Assembly: GCA_963813025.1 (NCBI GenBank)
Contig: CAWEXO010000004.1
Span: 96,001-160,000, forward strand
Length of the DNA: 64,000 nt
Origin: an uncultured Verrucomicrobiae bacterium
GTDB taxonomy: Bacteria > Verrucomicrobiota > Verrucomicrobiia > Chthoniobacterales > JAFAMB01
Reading direction: 5' to 3'
Position 1 is the stretch's first letter, and every line of letters starts with the position of its first letter. The notes beneath the pieces are model-generated. The model saw only the letters and a list, made by a program, of their open reading frames with translations. It was not told the DNA's origin and made no database searches. The position numbers and the translations under genes were made by a program. Positions 42,419-53,288 of this stretch are shown piece after piece.

Positions 42419-43026
42419 GAAAGAGCCTTCACGTAAGGGAGCATAACGCCCTCAACTCGGCATATTTTCGCGCAGATCATTAGCTCTTGGGCATTGAACT
42501 TCTTCCGCGCCCTGTAGAGTTTTAGCGCTTCGATAGCCACGTCCTCACCGACCTGATTGCGAAGCTTAAAGCAGTCCGCAATGGTTTTTTCAGAACTGTA
42601 AATCCGGACCTTAACGCGATCGATCCTGTGCTCTTCAATTCCGTAATCAAAGCTGACGCCTGAAAAGTGATGCACGTCCACCGGAGGATATTCAATCCGA
42701 GGCGGCTCCCCTGATTTGGGTATCGCAATAGAGACGGCGTGCGGAATCTGGGTCGTGATATCGTGGAACGAAAGCGCAGATATCAGGCAGACAACAGACC
42801 TCGGCGCCCTGGCCGCGACGATTACAAGGTCAGGGTTTGCAAGTGGTTTTCCTCGTTTGAGCCGGAAAATACCTCGGGATAGCTTTTCCAGTGTCCCCGC
42901 GTTCTGAAGGCGATAAAGGGCATTGGCCCCCACGCCTTCATGAGCTGCGTCGCTGGTGCGCACGAGCCCCCCGTGGCTCTTTGCGATCGAAATAGCCTTT
43001 TCTGGCATCGTCATTTTGCCTTTCAT
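42415..43026 (-). CDS. AbiEi type IV TA antitoxin
   Basis: LEKLSRGIFRL, CLISALSFHDIT, EKTIADCFK; overlaps toxin start. Confidence 0.9.
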   Translation of the reverse strand: MKGKMTMPEKAISIAKSHGGLVRTSDAAHEGVGANALYRLQNAGTLEKLSRGIFRLKRGKPLANPDLVIVAARAPRSVVCLISALSFHDITTQIPHAVSIAIPKSGEPPRIEYPPVDVHHFSGVSFDYGIEEHRIDRVKVRIYSSEKTIADCFKLRNQVGEDVAIEALKLYRARKKFNAQELMICAKICRVEGVMLPYVKALS

Positions 43027-43369
43027 GTCTATAAATACCTATCGATTGTATATTTTGATTGGTAAATATTTACATTTTTTGGTGTTTTTGCAAATTAAAA
43101 TCACATTCGTGAATTTGTCGGCGGTTTGTCGACTGAACCCCTAGGGAGTGTCGACAGCGCCTGAATGCCGGGGCTGGGGTGCGCTCACCCCTAGAATGCC
43201 CTAGAAACAATTTTGATTAGGTGGGCTGGTAAGAGATACCACCCGAAATGCTGGGCAAAAAGAACGCCGATCACCGAGTGACTTGGACGCAAATAGGGCT
43301 CGACAGAGCAATTGTAGATATACAGAACTTGGTTTATTGAGTTCTTAGAGGAGAGAGGAAATATCAATT

Positions 43370-43741
43370 ATGGGACTGAATCCGACCGATCCGAAGCCAG
43401 ATGAAATCTCCTTCGCGAAAGCCTATAAGGCTATCCGCGCGTGGTACCAAGGCAATGTGCAACGCATAAACAGCCGAACTGATGACTACTCGTGTCGCTC
43501 AGTCCTGCTCATCAATTCATTGCCACCATTCTCCGCTCTGAGTGACTTGGAGTGCCGCGCAATATTTGGCGAGGTTATTTATGGATTGCTTGAATGGGCA
43601 TTCCACGAGACCAACGGACGGTATAAAATGGCGGCATACGCATTTGCGGCGCTTGAGGGGGCCGGACTCTCATTCAATCTGACGCCGGAGGAGCAAGCCA
43701 AACTGAAAAGCGGCAGTTTGTGGCCCTATCTTTCTTTTTAA
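43370..43741 (+). CDS. Hypothetical protein
   Basis: 123-aa ORF with GAGGA RBS. Confidence 0.55.
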   Translation: MGLNPTDPKPDEISFAKAYKAIRAWYQGNVQRINSRTDDYSCRSVLLINSLPPFSALSDLECRAIFGEVIYGLLEWAFHETNGRYKMAAYAFAALEGAGLSFNLTPEEQAKLKSGSLWPYLSF

Positions 43742-44303
43742 CCGAGACGGAAGAGCCGTCTAGGATTTTTTTGACCGAGGTTTCTACGGCGGTTGAAAAG
43801 GTGGTGTGACCAGAAGCGCGGGCGTCGATCGGAAGTGGCAACCCTGTTGCGCATCCACAATCAGGCCATATCGAACCTTCTGGCGGGACGGCAACAGCTT
43901 ACCGGAGAACAGGCCCTGACGGTTCTGGAATTCCTGGATTCTCAGGGAGAGAAGTAGGCGGGGCACAATACCGCGACATGGGCGCAACAGATCACCCTCA
44001 ACCGAACTCAACCGTCCCCAGCAAAACTGCTGGCGGCAGCGCCTGAAAGGCCTTTGTTACTGGCTAATACCCAAATACCGGCGGCCACCCCGCGACACAG
44101 CAAGGGCATCGGCGGGCAGCATGCGCTGGCCACCTAGCATCTCCGCCCCTAGGTCTTGGAGGTCAGCCGGATTGTTTGACATTTTTATGGCGTCCATTCC
44201 GCCCGGTTTGTTGATATTGACGGTCCGCGGCGGAGTTGTGGTTGTGTACGCCGTTCCGCTAAAATCGCCAAAGCTGTAGTCTCCGGAAAGATTGGTCACT
44301 GAA

Positions 44304-45712
44304 GGAGATATTGTCAAAAGTTGTGTATTGGGAACGGGCGCATCCTTTGAAATGATCGATTAAGCGGCCTGTTGGGTTTGTTCTTCGCCATCGACGAACC
44401 GGACACCAGTAACTACCTTTGGGATCAGTTCGAAGCCCTGAAGCCGGCGCCAATGCTTTTGGGCTTCCAGACCGAGTTTAAAGACCATTGTCAGTGTCGC
44501 GATTCGTGAACCGCAACCCTTTGTTCGGTGAGTTCGTAATCGGACGGTAGCAAAGGTGGATTCGATGGGGTTGGTGGTCCGTAAATGCGGCCAATGTTGG
44601 GCTGGGAAGTCGTAAAAGGTAAACAGGACTTCTTTATCTTTGTCCAAGCATTCGCAGGCTTTTGGGAACTTGATTTGGTAACTGGAGATGAACTGATCGT
44701 AGGCCGCCAGAGCTGCTTTGCGGGTCGGCGCCAGGTACATTTCATGGATGAGTTGCTTAGCTTTACCTTGCACACTCTTGGGCATTTTATCCAGGATGTT
44801 GGCTGTCTTATGCACCCAACAACGTTGCTGGGCGATCGGGCCATATTCTTCCTGCAGAGCGATCCAGAAGCCGAGCGAACCGTCACCGATGGCCAACTTC
44901 GGCGCGGCGGACAGGCCTAGGCGTTTGAGCTGCCCAAGCAGTTCACGCCAGGATTGGGTGCTTTCGCGATAACCGTCGACAACAGCTAAGAGTTCTTTGG
45001 TGCCATCCTCGGTGGCTCCGATCAAGACCAGCACGCAGGTTCGCTCTTCGTCGAGTCGGACGTTGAAATAGACGCCGTCGGCCCACCAATAAACGTAACG
45101 CTTCTGCCTCAAGTCACGCTGAGTCCATGCCTTGTAATCGGCTTCCCAACTGCTCTTGAGTCTGACGATGTTGGTGGCTGAAAGCCCACTGGCTCCTTCG
45201 CCCAAAATCGCTGTCAACGCTTCGCTGAAATCTCCGGTTGAGATCCCTTTGAGGTAAAGGGCTGGAATCAAAGCATCGACGCTGGGAGCCCGACGCATAT
45301 ACTTGGGCAGAATCGCGCTGGAAAATCGACCTTGGTCGCGATGCCGGATCCGTGGCTGACGAACCCGGATCGGACCCACTCCACTGACCACCTCCCGCTC
45401 CGGCAGATGTCCATTGCGTACCACCAGCCGCTGCCCATTCTCATCCCGCTGATCTTTGTGGAATTGGATATAGTCGATCACCTCATTCTCGATTGCCGCC
45501 TGTAACAGCTTCCTGGCCCCTTCCTGCAGTAACTGTTCCAGGAAGGGCTTCTCTTCATCTTTTGCTCGCTCATCAAGCGAGACCACTTTATTCTCTGGCA
45601 TTGGTGCATCCTTTCTTTTTGGCGTCCTCGAGTGAGGCTGCCGTGTTTCTTTTTCTCACTGAAAGGATGCGCCTTTCTTTATCTCCTCATCCACAAAATT
45701 CGGTTATAGCTC
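44304..45712 (-). mobile_element. IS256-family element copy 2
   Basis: 8-bp TSD TCACTGAA at 44296-44303 and 45713-45720; ends match copy 1. Confidence 0.95.
44360..45601 (-). CDS. IS256 transposase (intact)
   Basis: YWWADG, GDGSLGF, CWVHK, TTNPIES; 413 aa. Confidence 0.95.
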   Translation of the reverse strand: MPENKVVSLDERAKDEEKPFLEQLLQEGARKLLQAAIENEVIDYIQFHKDQRDENGQRLVVRNGHLPEREVVSGVGPIRVRQPRIRHRDQGRFSSAILPKYMRRAPSVDALIPALYLKGISTGDFSEALTAILGEGASGLSATNIVRLKSSWEADYKAWTQRDLRQKRYVYWWADGVYFNVRLDEERTCVLVLIGATEDGTKELLAVVDGYRESTQSWRELLGQLKRLGLSAAPKLAIGDGSLGFWIALQEEYGPIAQQRCWVHKTANILDKMPKSVQGKAKQLIHEMYLAPTRKAALAAYDQFISSYQIKFPKACECLDKDKEVLFTFYDFPAQHWPHLRTTNPIESTFATVRLRTHRTKGCGSRIATLTMVFKLGLEAQKHWRRLQGFELIPKVVTGVRFVDGEEQTQQAA

Positions 45713-46151
45713 TCACTGAATGTCCGGGCAGCGTAAAGGAGGACACGCGGCCCGTATCTTGGAATCCGGTAATGACGAAGTAACGATAGCCGTGCTGAAG
45801 CGTAACGTCCGCACACCTTATGAGTAACATCCCGAGCATTCGCCTCTCAGTAGTGAATCCATTGCCGGAAAAAGTTACGATTGCGGTGTCAGGCCCGGTC
45901 ATTACATCGCTGAATCCACCGGTAAAGCCTTCAGGCTGATAAGCTGTTGCGCAGCCGGCGAGCAGCAGGGGGAGCAACAAAAACCTTTTCATGAGTGTTT
46001 CGTTTTGGACTGTACGCCTAAAAAGAGACGCCCGCTACCGAGTGGCGACGGGCGCGTTGCCGGGGCTGGGGGGCTTTATTTTGCCCTTTGCTATGCCTGG
46101 CAAGGCACGCAACAGTTACCGAAAGGCTAGGGACACTGTTCCGATCGCTGT

Positions 46152-46740
46152 TCAATCCGTCGATTGCGCGGGAAGCACCGTGATCGGCGGCAACTTATGC
46201 TCGTTTGTGAGTTGATCCTCGACGACAAGGTGTACCTTGAGCGGCTTTTCTGGCTTAAGCACTTTTGAAAGACTGCACTGGATTATCAGGTTTCTTGTCT
46301 CCGCGTTCGGAATTGTATCTTCCTCGCGGGTGTACTGGTATGTCCCGCTTGTGATCGTGACCCGAGCGTGAATCAAGCCTTTCGCAAGGGGTCCAAGCAG
46401 ACGCACTTTCAACAAGCGTACCGGCAACCCAGGCTTAGACCCAGGCACATGGGTGACGTACCATCTTGTGACGATTACCAGGATGGGCTTGTCACCCTGC
46501 GCGCCGATCGTCCATTGACTAAGTGGGAAGCCCATCGCAACAAAGCGAAGAGTGACGCGAGACTGTTTCTCCCCCGTCTTAGACAGGCGGCTCAAAGAAG
46601 ACCATACTTTCAGAAACGCCCAACGTAGGGTTTATGAAACCATACTGCCGCACCCAGGATAACCACCACGGCCCCAAGAGGGTTAAGCCATGCACCGTTT
46701 TCCGCGAGCCAGTTATTTGCCGTTTCGAACAATGCTAGAA
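46152..46740 (-). CDS. Hypothetical membrane-anchored protein (probably ORFs 46610-46801 and 46152-46595 joined)
   Basis: TM helix NPLGAVVVILGAAVWF followed by a beta-rich domain. Confidence 0.4.
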
Positions 46741-46896
46741 CAATACGGGAGCGCACTTTCAGGTGCCAGTGAGCACGACCGAAAGCAATCCCCACCGCCA
46801 CAGTGACGTAGACTCGGAATTGTAGTGCGACTCAATTGCGACTGAGCTTGTTTCTCAAGGCTACTGCATTGCACGTCGATCCGCTCTAGGACCTAA

Positions 46897-46970
<74 letters not shown>

Positions 46971-47259
46971 GTCGAGCGGTAATCATAGCGCAGCTCGGCG
47001 GAATGCATATTGAAAAAAGGTCCCGCGTTCCGAGTCCCTGGTCTCAAGTCCCCAGTGGTTGGCGAGCAGCACAACCCGGCACTTGGGAGTAGGGCTCGGG
47101 CCCGGCACTAAGGACCAGGGAGTGGGACTTGGCACTCGGCAGTGCGATGGCACGCGTGACCCGCGACTTACGCGCATGCGGAACTAGTGACCCGCTACAC
47201 GCAACCAAGCTCGGCAGCTCCTCGTTGCGCTTTCGGCGGGGATGGGGTTGAGTCCGGCC

Positions 47260-47799
47260 ATGAGATCAACCGCTGAGTACCTCGTGTTGGCTGGATCACT
47301 GCGGGCCGTCAGCCGGAGTCGGGCGCTGGCGCATGCGCTCCTGGATTTCTATCGTTCTCGTCTGCTGTCCGCTCGGCTGCTGGATTTGCGCGAACTCTCC
47401 CTGCCATTCTGTGACGCCGGTGATGCCTACGAAAATCCATCAGTGATCGAGTGTTCCGAGATCATTTTAGCCGCCCGAGTGGTCATCCTGGCGACACCAA
47501 TTTATAATTTCGACGTCAGTGCGGCGGTGAAGAATCTAATCGAACTCACCGGCGACTCTTGGGAAAACAAGGTGGTCGGGTTTCTTTGCGCAGCCGGAGG
47601 CAGATCGAGCTACATGTCGGTCATGGCTTTGGCTAATAGTCTGATTCTCGATTTTCGTTGCCTTATTATTCCGCGATTCGTTTATGTTACCAGCGAGGAT
47701 TTGGCCGATAATCTGGAAATTTCCGACGCAGTGAGAAATCGGGTCTGCCAGTTAGGCGAGACTTCAATTACCACTCGCAACGGGGAACGCCCGGACTAA
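47260..47799 (+). CDS. NADPH-dependent FMN reductase
   Basis: AGSLRAVSRS, ATPIYNFDVSAAVKNLIE. Confidence 0.9.
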   Translation: MRSTAEYLVLAGSLRAVSRSRALAHALLDFYRSRLLSARLLDLRELSLPFCDAGDAYENPSVIECSEIILAARVVILATPIYNFDVSAAVKNLIELTGDSWENKVVGFLCAAGGRSSYMSVMALANSLILDFRCLIIPRFVYVTSEDLADNLEISDAVRNRVCQLGETSITTRNGERPD

Positions 47800-47849
47800 A
47801 CTTGATCTCTTCGCACTTCCTTTGCCAAAGTGAGGAGCGGGCTGGCGCC

Positions 47850-48836
47850 ATGCAATTATCACCGAAGCAGCAGGAGAAGCTCGACCTGGCTGCCCGTGCC
47901 GCCTGGCTGTACTACGTTGCGGGAGATACACAGCATGAGATTGCCCAGAAACTGCATGTCTCTCGGCCAACGGCTCAACGGTTAGTCGCGCTCGCGCTGG
48001 AAAAAGGGATAGTCAAAGTGCGAGTACATCATCCGGTGGCCGACTGTCTGGCCATGGCGCAACAGCTGCGGCGGAAGTTCGGACTTTCACTGTGCGAGGT
48101 TGTGCCTTCTGACCGCGACGACGCCGGCGCGGTGCTGCGCACGGTTGCCGTGACTGGCGCTCGGGTGATGGAGAGTTTCATTCAAAAGAAAAAACCACAA
48201 ATTATCGGGCTGAGTTCCGGCCGGACGCTCAAGGCGGTGGTGGAGGAACTCACCGAAGTAGATCGACCTGCTCATCGGTTCCTTTCGCTGATTGGCACCA
48301 TGGCGCGCGATGGTTCCAGCAACCGGTACGATGTCGCGCTGCGGATAGCGGAAAAGACCGGCGGCAAATATTTTCTGCTGCCCGCCCCGCTCCTCGCGGA
48401 TTCGCCCGGCGAACGAAGCCAATGGTGCAATCACCGGCTTTACCGCGCCGTCGAGAACTTATCGGCCAATGCGGATGCAACCTTTGTTGGGATTGGTGAG
48501 TTTGGGGCCAGTTGTCCCTTGCACCGAGATGGATTTCTCACTCGGAAAGAGGTGAGTGAACTCTCGCAAAGCGGGGCCGTCGGCGAAATTCTGGGATGGG
48601 CGTTCGATCAGGAGGGGAAATTAGTGCGCACCGCGGTCGCCTCGCGGGTCACGAGCATAGGGCTGCGACCGTTTTCGGCCCGGCCGGTGATCGCTTTCGC
48701 GGCAGGCCGGCAGAAATTGGAGGCGATTCGCGGTGCATTGCGCGGCCGGCTAATCACCGGGTTGGTCACCGATGAAGTTTGCGCGCGAGTCTTGCTCGAA
48801 GGGCCAAAGACCGGGAATCATTCCACGGCTTCCTAG
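47850..48836 (+). CDS. SorC/DeoR-type sugar-binding regulator (SmoC-like)
   Basis: AAWLYYVAGDTQHEIA...SRPTAQRL, SSGRTL, GLVTDE. Confidence 0.9.
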   Translation: MQLSPKQQEKLDLAARAAWLYYVAGDTQHEIAQKLHVSRPTAQRLVALALEKGIVKVRVHHPVADCLAMAQQLRRKFGLSLCEVVPSDRDDAGAVLRTVAVTGARVMESFIQKKKPQIIGLSSGRTLKAVVEELTEVDRPAHRFLSLIGTMARDGSSNRYDVALRIAEKTGGKYFLLPAPLLADSPGERSQWCNHRLYRAVENLSANADATFVGIGEFGASCPLHRDGFLTRKEVSELSQSGAVGEILGWAFDQEGKLVRTAVASRVTSIGLRPFSARPVIAFAAGRQKLEAIRGALRGRLITGLVTDEVCARVLLEGPKTGNHSTAS

Positions 48837-48938
48837 CTTGACTTTTGCTCCGAGAGGCAGCAGTGGTTTAGTTTGGATGGCTCTTTTTTTTGGGAGCATC
48901 TCTTCTCTCCCCCTAAAACGTATCGCCCGCATCTATCC

Positions 48939-50252
48939 ATGATAAAATCAATTGTGTTTTCAGCTCTGGGTCTACTCCTGCTTGGAGCAGCGGCATCTGC
49001 GCAGCAAAAGGAGGTGACGATTGCCACCGTAAATAATCCGGACATGATCGAGCTGAAAAAGCTCTCCTCGAAATTCACGGAGAAAAATCCCGACATCAGA
49101 TTGAATTGGGTCATCGTCGAAGAGAATGTTCTTCGGCAACGAGTTACAACTGACGTCTCGCAAGGGAGCGGACAGTTCGACATCATTTTTATCGGTCTGT
49201 ACGAAACTCCGATCTTTGCCAAACGAGGATGGCTCCGCTCCTTTGATAATTTGCCGGCTGACTACGACCTGGATGACGTCTTTAAATCCCTCCGGGACGG
49301 GCTTTCTTACCAGGGAAAACTCTATGCGCTGCCTTTTTATGGCGAGAGCTCCATGCTGATGTATCGCAAGGATTTGTTTGATGCCAAAGGCCTCAAGATG
49401 CCCGATCAGCCGAAATATGAGGACATCGCTAAGTTTGCCGATGCTTTGACAGACAAGGCCAAGGGCATGTACGGCATTACCCTCCGGGGACAGCCCGGTT
49501 GGGGGGAAAATATGGCTTTTCTCTCGACGTTAGTTAACACGTTTGGCGGCACTTGGTTCGACATGCAATGGCATCCGACGATCGACACGCCGGAATGGAA
49601 GAAGGCGATCACGTTTTACATTGATCTGATGAAGAAGGATGGGCCGCCCGGAGCGACCTCCAACGGGTTTAATGAGAATCTTACTCTGATGACCAGCGGT
49701 AAAGCCGCCATGTGGATTGACGCCACTGTAGCTGGAGGCATGCTGGAGAGCCAAAAACAATCGCAAGTGGCTGGCAAAATGGGCTACGCTCCGTCTCCGA
49801 TTGAGGTGACGCCAAATGGCTCGCATTGGTTGTGGTCCTGGGCTTTCAGTATTCCGAAGAAAGCCAAACAACCGGAAGCCGCGGAAAAGTTCGCGGTTTG
49901 GGCTACTTCCAAGGATTATGTCAAGCTGGTTGCGGAAGATCTCGGCTGGGCTTCAGCGCCTCCCGGGACTCGGAAGTCGACCTACGCCAATCCTGAGTAT
50001 CAGAAAGCGGCTCCCTTTGCCGCCACGACTCTCCAGGCACTCGAGACTGCCGATCCCACCAATCCGGCCATCAGGAAGGTGCCTTACATCGGGATACAGT
50101 TTGTCGGGATTCCGGAATTTCAGTCCATTGGCACCGTCGTCGGTCAAAACATCGCCGGTGCGCTGGCTGGGAAGATGTCCCTCGATCAGGCTCTTAAAAA
50201 TAGTCAGTCTGCGGCCGAACGTGCAATGGTCCAGGGCGGCTATCTAAAGTGA
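48939..50252 (+). CDS. smoE: Sorbitol/mannitol ABC substrate-binding protein, paralog 1
   Basis: IATVNNPDM, ENVLRQRVTTD, GWGENMA, WIDATVA, PYIGIQFVGIPEFQ. Confidence 0.9.
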   Translation: MIKSIVFSALGLLLLGAAASAQQKEVTIATVNNPDMIELKKLSSKFTEKNPDIRLNWVIVEENVLRQRVTTDVSQGSGQFDIIFIGLYETPIFAKRGWLRSFDNLPADYDLDDVFKSLRDGLSYQGKLYALPFYGESSMLMYRKDLFDAKGLKMPDQPKYEDIAKFADALTDKAKGMYGITLRGQPGWGENMAFLSTLVNTFGGTWFDMQWHPTIDTPEWKKAITFYIDLMKKDGPPGATSNGFNENLTLMTSGKAAMWIDATVAGGMLESQKQSQVAGKMGYAPSPIEVTPNGSHWLWSWAFSIPKKAKQPEAAEKFAVWATSKDYVKLVAEDLGWASAPPGTRKSTYANPEYQKAAPFAATTLQALETADPTNPAIRKVPYIGIQFVGIPEFQSIGTVVGQNIAGALAGKMSLDQALKNSQSAAERAMVQGGYLK

Positions 50253-50332
50253 TGTGCGGTAACCCCGTGGCTGCCGCCGACGATCCACTTCTTGCTGACC
50301 CGGTAAACTGAAATTAGCAGAAAGGAGCAGCC

Positions 50333-51832
50333 ATTGCGACCAAGCTCAATCAGGCGAATCTAAAGTCGCTCTCCGGCACCAGCCGGATTCCTACTTACGA
50401 TCGCCAGAAAGTTGGACAGCAGATTGTCCATATCGGGGTGGGTGGCTTTCATCGGGCCCACCAAGCCGTGTACGCGGACGATCTCTTTATGCAAAGTGGG
50501 CCATCGGAGTGGGGGATCGCCGGGGTTGGACTACTCGAACATGACGCCCGGATTCGGGACGTTCTGCGTGCACAGGACTATCTCTATACGGTGGTCGAGC
50601 GCGATGCGTCAGGCGATCGGGCGAGAATTGTCGGGTCACACCGCGGGTTCATTTTTGCGCCAGGAGAGCCGGAGGTGCTGCTCGAGAAGATGGCTTCACC
50701 CGATTGCCGGATTGTTTCCCTGACCATCACGGAAGGCGGTTACTACGTGAATCAGGGAACGGGTCAATTCGACGCCGAGCATCCAGACATTCGGCACGAT
50801 TTGGCTAATCCGGGGAAGCCAAAGTGCTCCTACGGGTATCTCGCGGCCGCCTTGGCGAGGCGTCGGGAACGGGACCTGGAGCCGTTCACCCTGATGTCGT
50901 GCGACAATCTTCAAAGCAATGGGGATGTGTTGCGAAGGATGTTTTTGTCCTTCACTGAAATGCTCGATCCGGCGCTGAACAACTGGCTGACTCAAAAGGG
51001 CTCCTTTCCAAACAGTATGGTCGATCGCATCACTCCGGCCACCACGGACGAACATCGCGCGCTGGTCAGGGAGAAATTTGGAATCGACGACGGATGGCCA
51101 GTTGTAACCGAACCGTTTCGTCAGTGGGTGATTGAGGATCGGTTTCCGACCGGCCGTCCGGCTTGGGAAGAAGTCGGCGCCCAGATGACGTCCGATGTGC
51201 TGCCCTATGAGAAGATGAAGATTCGTCTGCTCAACGCCAGCCATCAAGCGATGTGCTACATCGGAATGCTTCTCGGCTATTCCTTTGCCAACGAGACGAT
51301 GGAGGACGAACAGATCCGCACATTGGTACAGAGAATGATGGACGAGGAGGTGACGCCGCTGCTGCCTCCAGTGCCCGGCATCGATCTCGCCGAATACAAG
51401 AAAACCCTGATCGAGCGCTTCTCCAATCCCGCAATTCGTGACCAACTGTCACGAATAGGGACGGAAGGCTCCGCCCGCATCCCTAAGTTCGTCCTGCCTT
51501 CAATTTTGGAGCAACTGGAACGGGGCGGACCGATTCGGAAGCTGAGTTTTACGGTGGCTAGTTGGTTTCGGTATCTTAAGGGAACGGACGATCAAGGAAA
51601 AGAGATGCCCATCATCGATCCGTGGGCAGAAAAATTGCGAGCGGCTGCTCAGGCTAGTCGCGAGCGGCCGGATGAGTTTCTCAAAATTCGGGAATTGTTC
51701 GGCGACGTTCTTCCTTCAAACGAACGCTTTGTTCGAGAAGTGGGCACGGTTTTGCGAGACTTCTACGAGCTTGGCGCACGCGCAACTCTGGCGAAGGACA
51801 ACACGGGCCCAACGACAGACGGACGTGAATAA
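50333..51832 (+). CDS. mtlK: Mannitol 2-dehydrogenase family (apparent ATT start)
   Basis: IVHIGVGGFHRAHQAVY, SLTITEGGY, SCDN, FPNSMVDRITP, KIRLLNASH. Confidence 0.88.
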   Translation: MATKLNQANLKSLSGTSRIPTYDRQKVGQQIVHIGVGGFHRAHQAVYADDLFMQSGPSEWGIAGVGLLEHDARIRDVLRAQDYLYTVVERDASGDRARIVGSHRGFIFAPGEPEVLLEKMASPDCRIVSLTITEGGYYVNQGTGQFDAEHPDIRHDLANPGKPKCSYGYLAAALARRRERDLEPFTLMSCDNLQSNGDVLRRMFLSFTEMLDPALNNWLTQKGSFPNSMVDRITPATTDEHRALVREKFGIDDGWPVVTEPFRQWVIEDRFPTGRPAWEEVGAQMTSDVLPYEKMKIRLLNASHQAMCYIGMLLGYSFANETMEDEQIRTLVQRMMDEEVTPLLPPVPGIDLAEYKKTLIERFSNPAIRDQLSRIGTEGSARIPKFVLPSILEQLERGGPIRKLSFTVASWFRYLKGTDDQGKEMPIIDPWAEKLRAAAQASRERPDEFLKIRELFGDVLPSNERFVREVGTVLRDFYELGARATLAKDNTGPTTDGRE

Positions 51833-51934
51833 TCTTGACCGGGCAACGACATTGACCTTACCAAAATAACAACCTCCAACAATTCGCGGCGCGGGCTGCC
51901 GTCTTCATTCACCCCCTCCTGAGAAAATTTAAAA

Positions 51935-53248
51935 ATGTTTAAGCGATCCTTTTTCATGGCGCTAGCCATTCTGGCAGTGACATTCGGCGCCGCCGCCCAG
52001 CAGCAATCCATCACAATCGCTGTTGTCAATAATCCAGACATGATCCGGCTTAAGAAGCTTGCGAGCAAGTTCGAGGAAAAGAACCCGAACATTCGAGTGA
52101 ACTGGGTCGTGCTCGAAGAGAACGTGCTCCGGCAGCGGGTCACTACCGACGTTTCGCAGGCAAGTGGTCAATTTGATCTCGTTTACCTCGGACTATACGA
52201 AGCACCGATTTTTGCCAAACGCGGTTGGCTGCGTCCAATCGAGAACCTGCCAGCCGACTACGACTTGGACGATGTTTTCAAGAGCATTCGCGACGGCCTG
52301 TCCTATGAAGGCAAGCTTTACGCGCTGCCTTTCAACGCGGAAAGCTCCATGCTGATGTATCGCAAGGATCTCTTTGAGGCGAAAGGGCTGAAGATGCCGG
52401 AACAACCGACCTATGACGATATTACCAGGTTTGCTTCGGCTCTGACGGATAAAGCAGCAGGTATCTATGGGATCACACTGCGAGGCAAACCCGGTTGGGG
52501 GGAAAATATGGCGTACATCGATACGCTGGTAAATACTTACGGGGGTACCTGGTTCGACACCCAATGGAAGCCCACTATCAACACGCCGGAATGGAAAAAG
52601 GCGATTACTTATTATGTCGATCTCATGCGGAAGAATGGCCCACCTGGAGCCAGTTCGAATGGGTTTAACGAGAATTTGACGCTTTTCGCGGGTGGTAAAG
52701 CCGCGATGTGGATCGATGCGACTTCCGGCGCAGGGCCTCTGTACGACAAAGCACAATCCCAAGTTGCGGACAAAGTTGCGTTTGCTAATGCTCCTATCGC
52801 GGTCACCCCGAACGGATCGCACTGGCTCTGGTCCTGGGCCCTGGCAATTCCGAAGTCAGCCAAACACCCGGAGGCAGCCCTGCAATTCGCTTCTTGGGCA
52901 ACCTCCAAAGATTACATCAAGTTAGCAGCCGCGGACGGCGGTTGGGCAACCATTCCGCCAGGAACCAGAAAATCTACTTACGATAACCCCGAGTACCAGA
53001 ACGCTGCACCGTTTGCTGCCGTTACCTTGCAGGCGATGCAAACGGCCGATCCAACTAACCCGGCAATTCGCAAAGTCCCGTACATCGGTGTGCAGTTCGT
53101 CGGCATCCCGGAGTTCCAGTCTATTGGCACGCAGGTAGGCCAGAATCTATCAGCCGCCTTAGCCGGCAAAATGACGGTTGATCAAGCGTTGGAAGCGAGT
53201 CAGAGCGAAGCTGAGCGCGCGGTCAAGCAAGCCGGGTACTTGAAATAA
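51935..53248 (+). CDS. smoE: Sorbitol/mannitol ABC substrate-binding protein, paralog 2
   Basis: Highly similar to 48939-50252. Confidence 0.9.
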   Translation: MFKRSFFMALAILAVTFGAAAQQQSITIAVVNNPDMIRLKKLASKFEEKNPNIRVNWVVLEENVLRQRVTTDVSQASGQFDLVYLGLYEAPIFAKRGWLRPIENLPADYDLDDVFKSIRDGLSYEGKLYALPFNAESSMLMYRKDLFEAKGLKMPEQPTYDDITRFASALTDKAAGIYGITLRGKPGWGENMAYIDTLVNTYGGTWFDTQWKPTINTPEWKKAITYYVDLMRKNGPPGASSNGFNENLTLFAGGKAAMWIDATSGAGPLYDKAQSQVADKVAFANAPIAVTPNGSHWLWSWALAIPKSAKHPEAALQFASWATSKDYIKLAAADGGWATIPPGTRKSTYDNPEYQNAAPFAAVTLQAMQTADPTNPAIRKVPYIGVQFVGIPEFQSIGTQVGQNLSAALAGKMTVDQALEASQSEAERAVKQAGYLK

Positions 53249-53288
53249 ACCGAAGGTAAGTCTACCAAAGAAGGGAGCGAGCTCACTC

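Larger units (their letters stand above)
44057..45992 (-). pseudogene. Lipoprotein (CC0125/CC1285-like) split by IS256
   Basis: Lipobox LAGC; GGFSD...FSGNGFT...GYRYF; ...LPGHSV|TNLSGDY rejoins after IS removal. Confidence 0.75.

Noticed and set aside
39780..45712. Composite transposon that delivered AbiE
   Set aside because: Each IS256 has its own TSD, so the insertions were independent.
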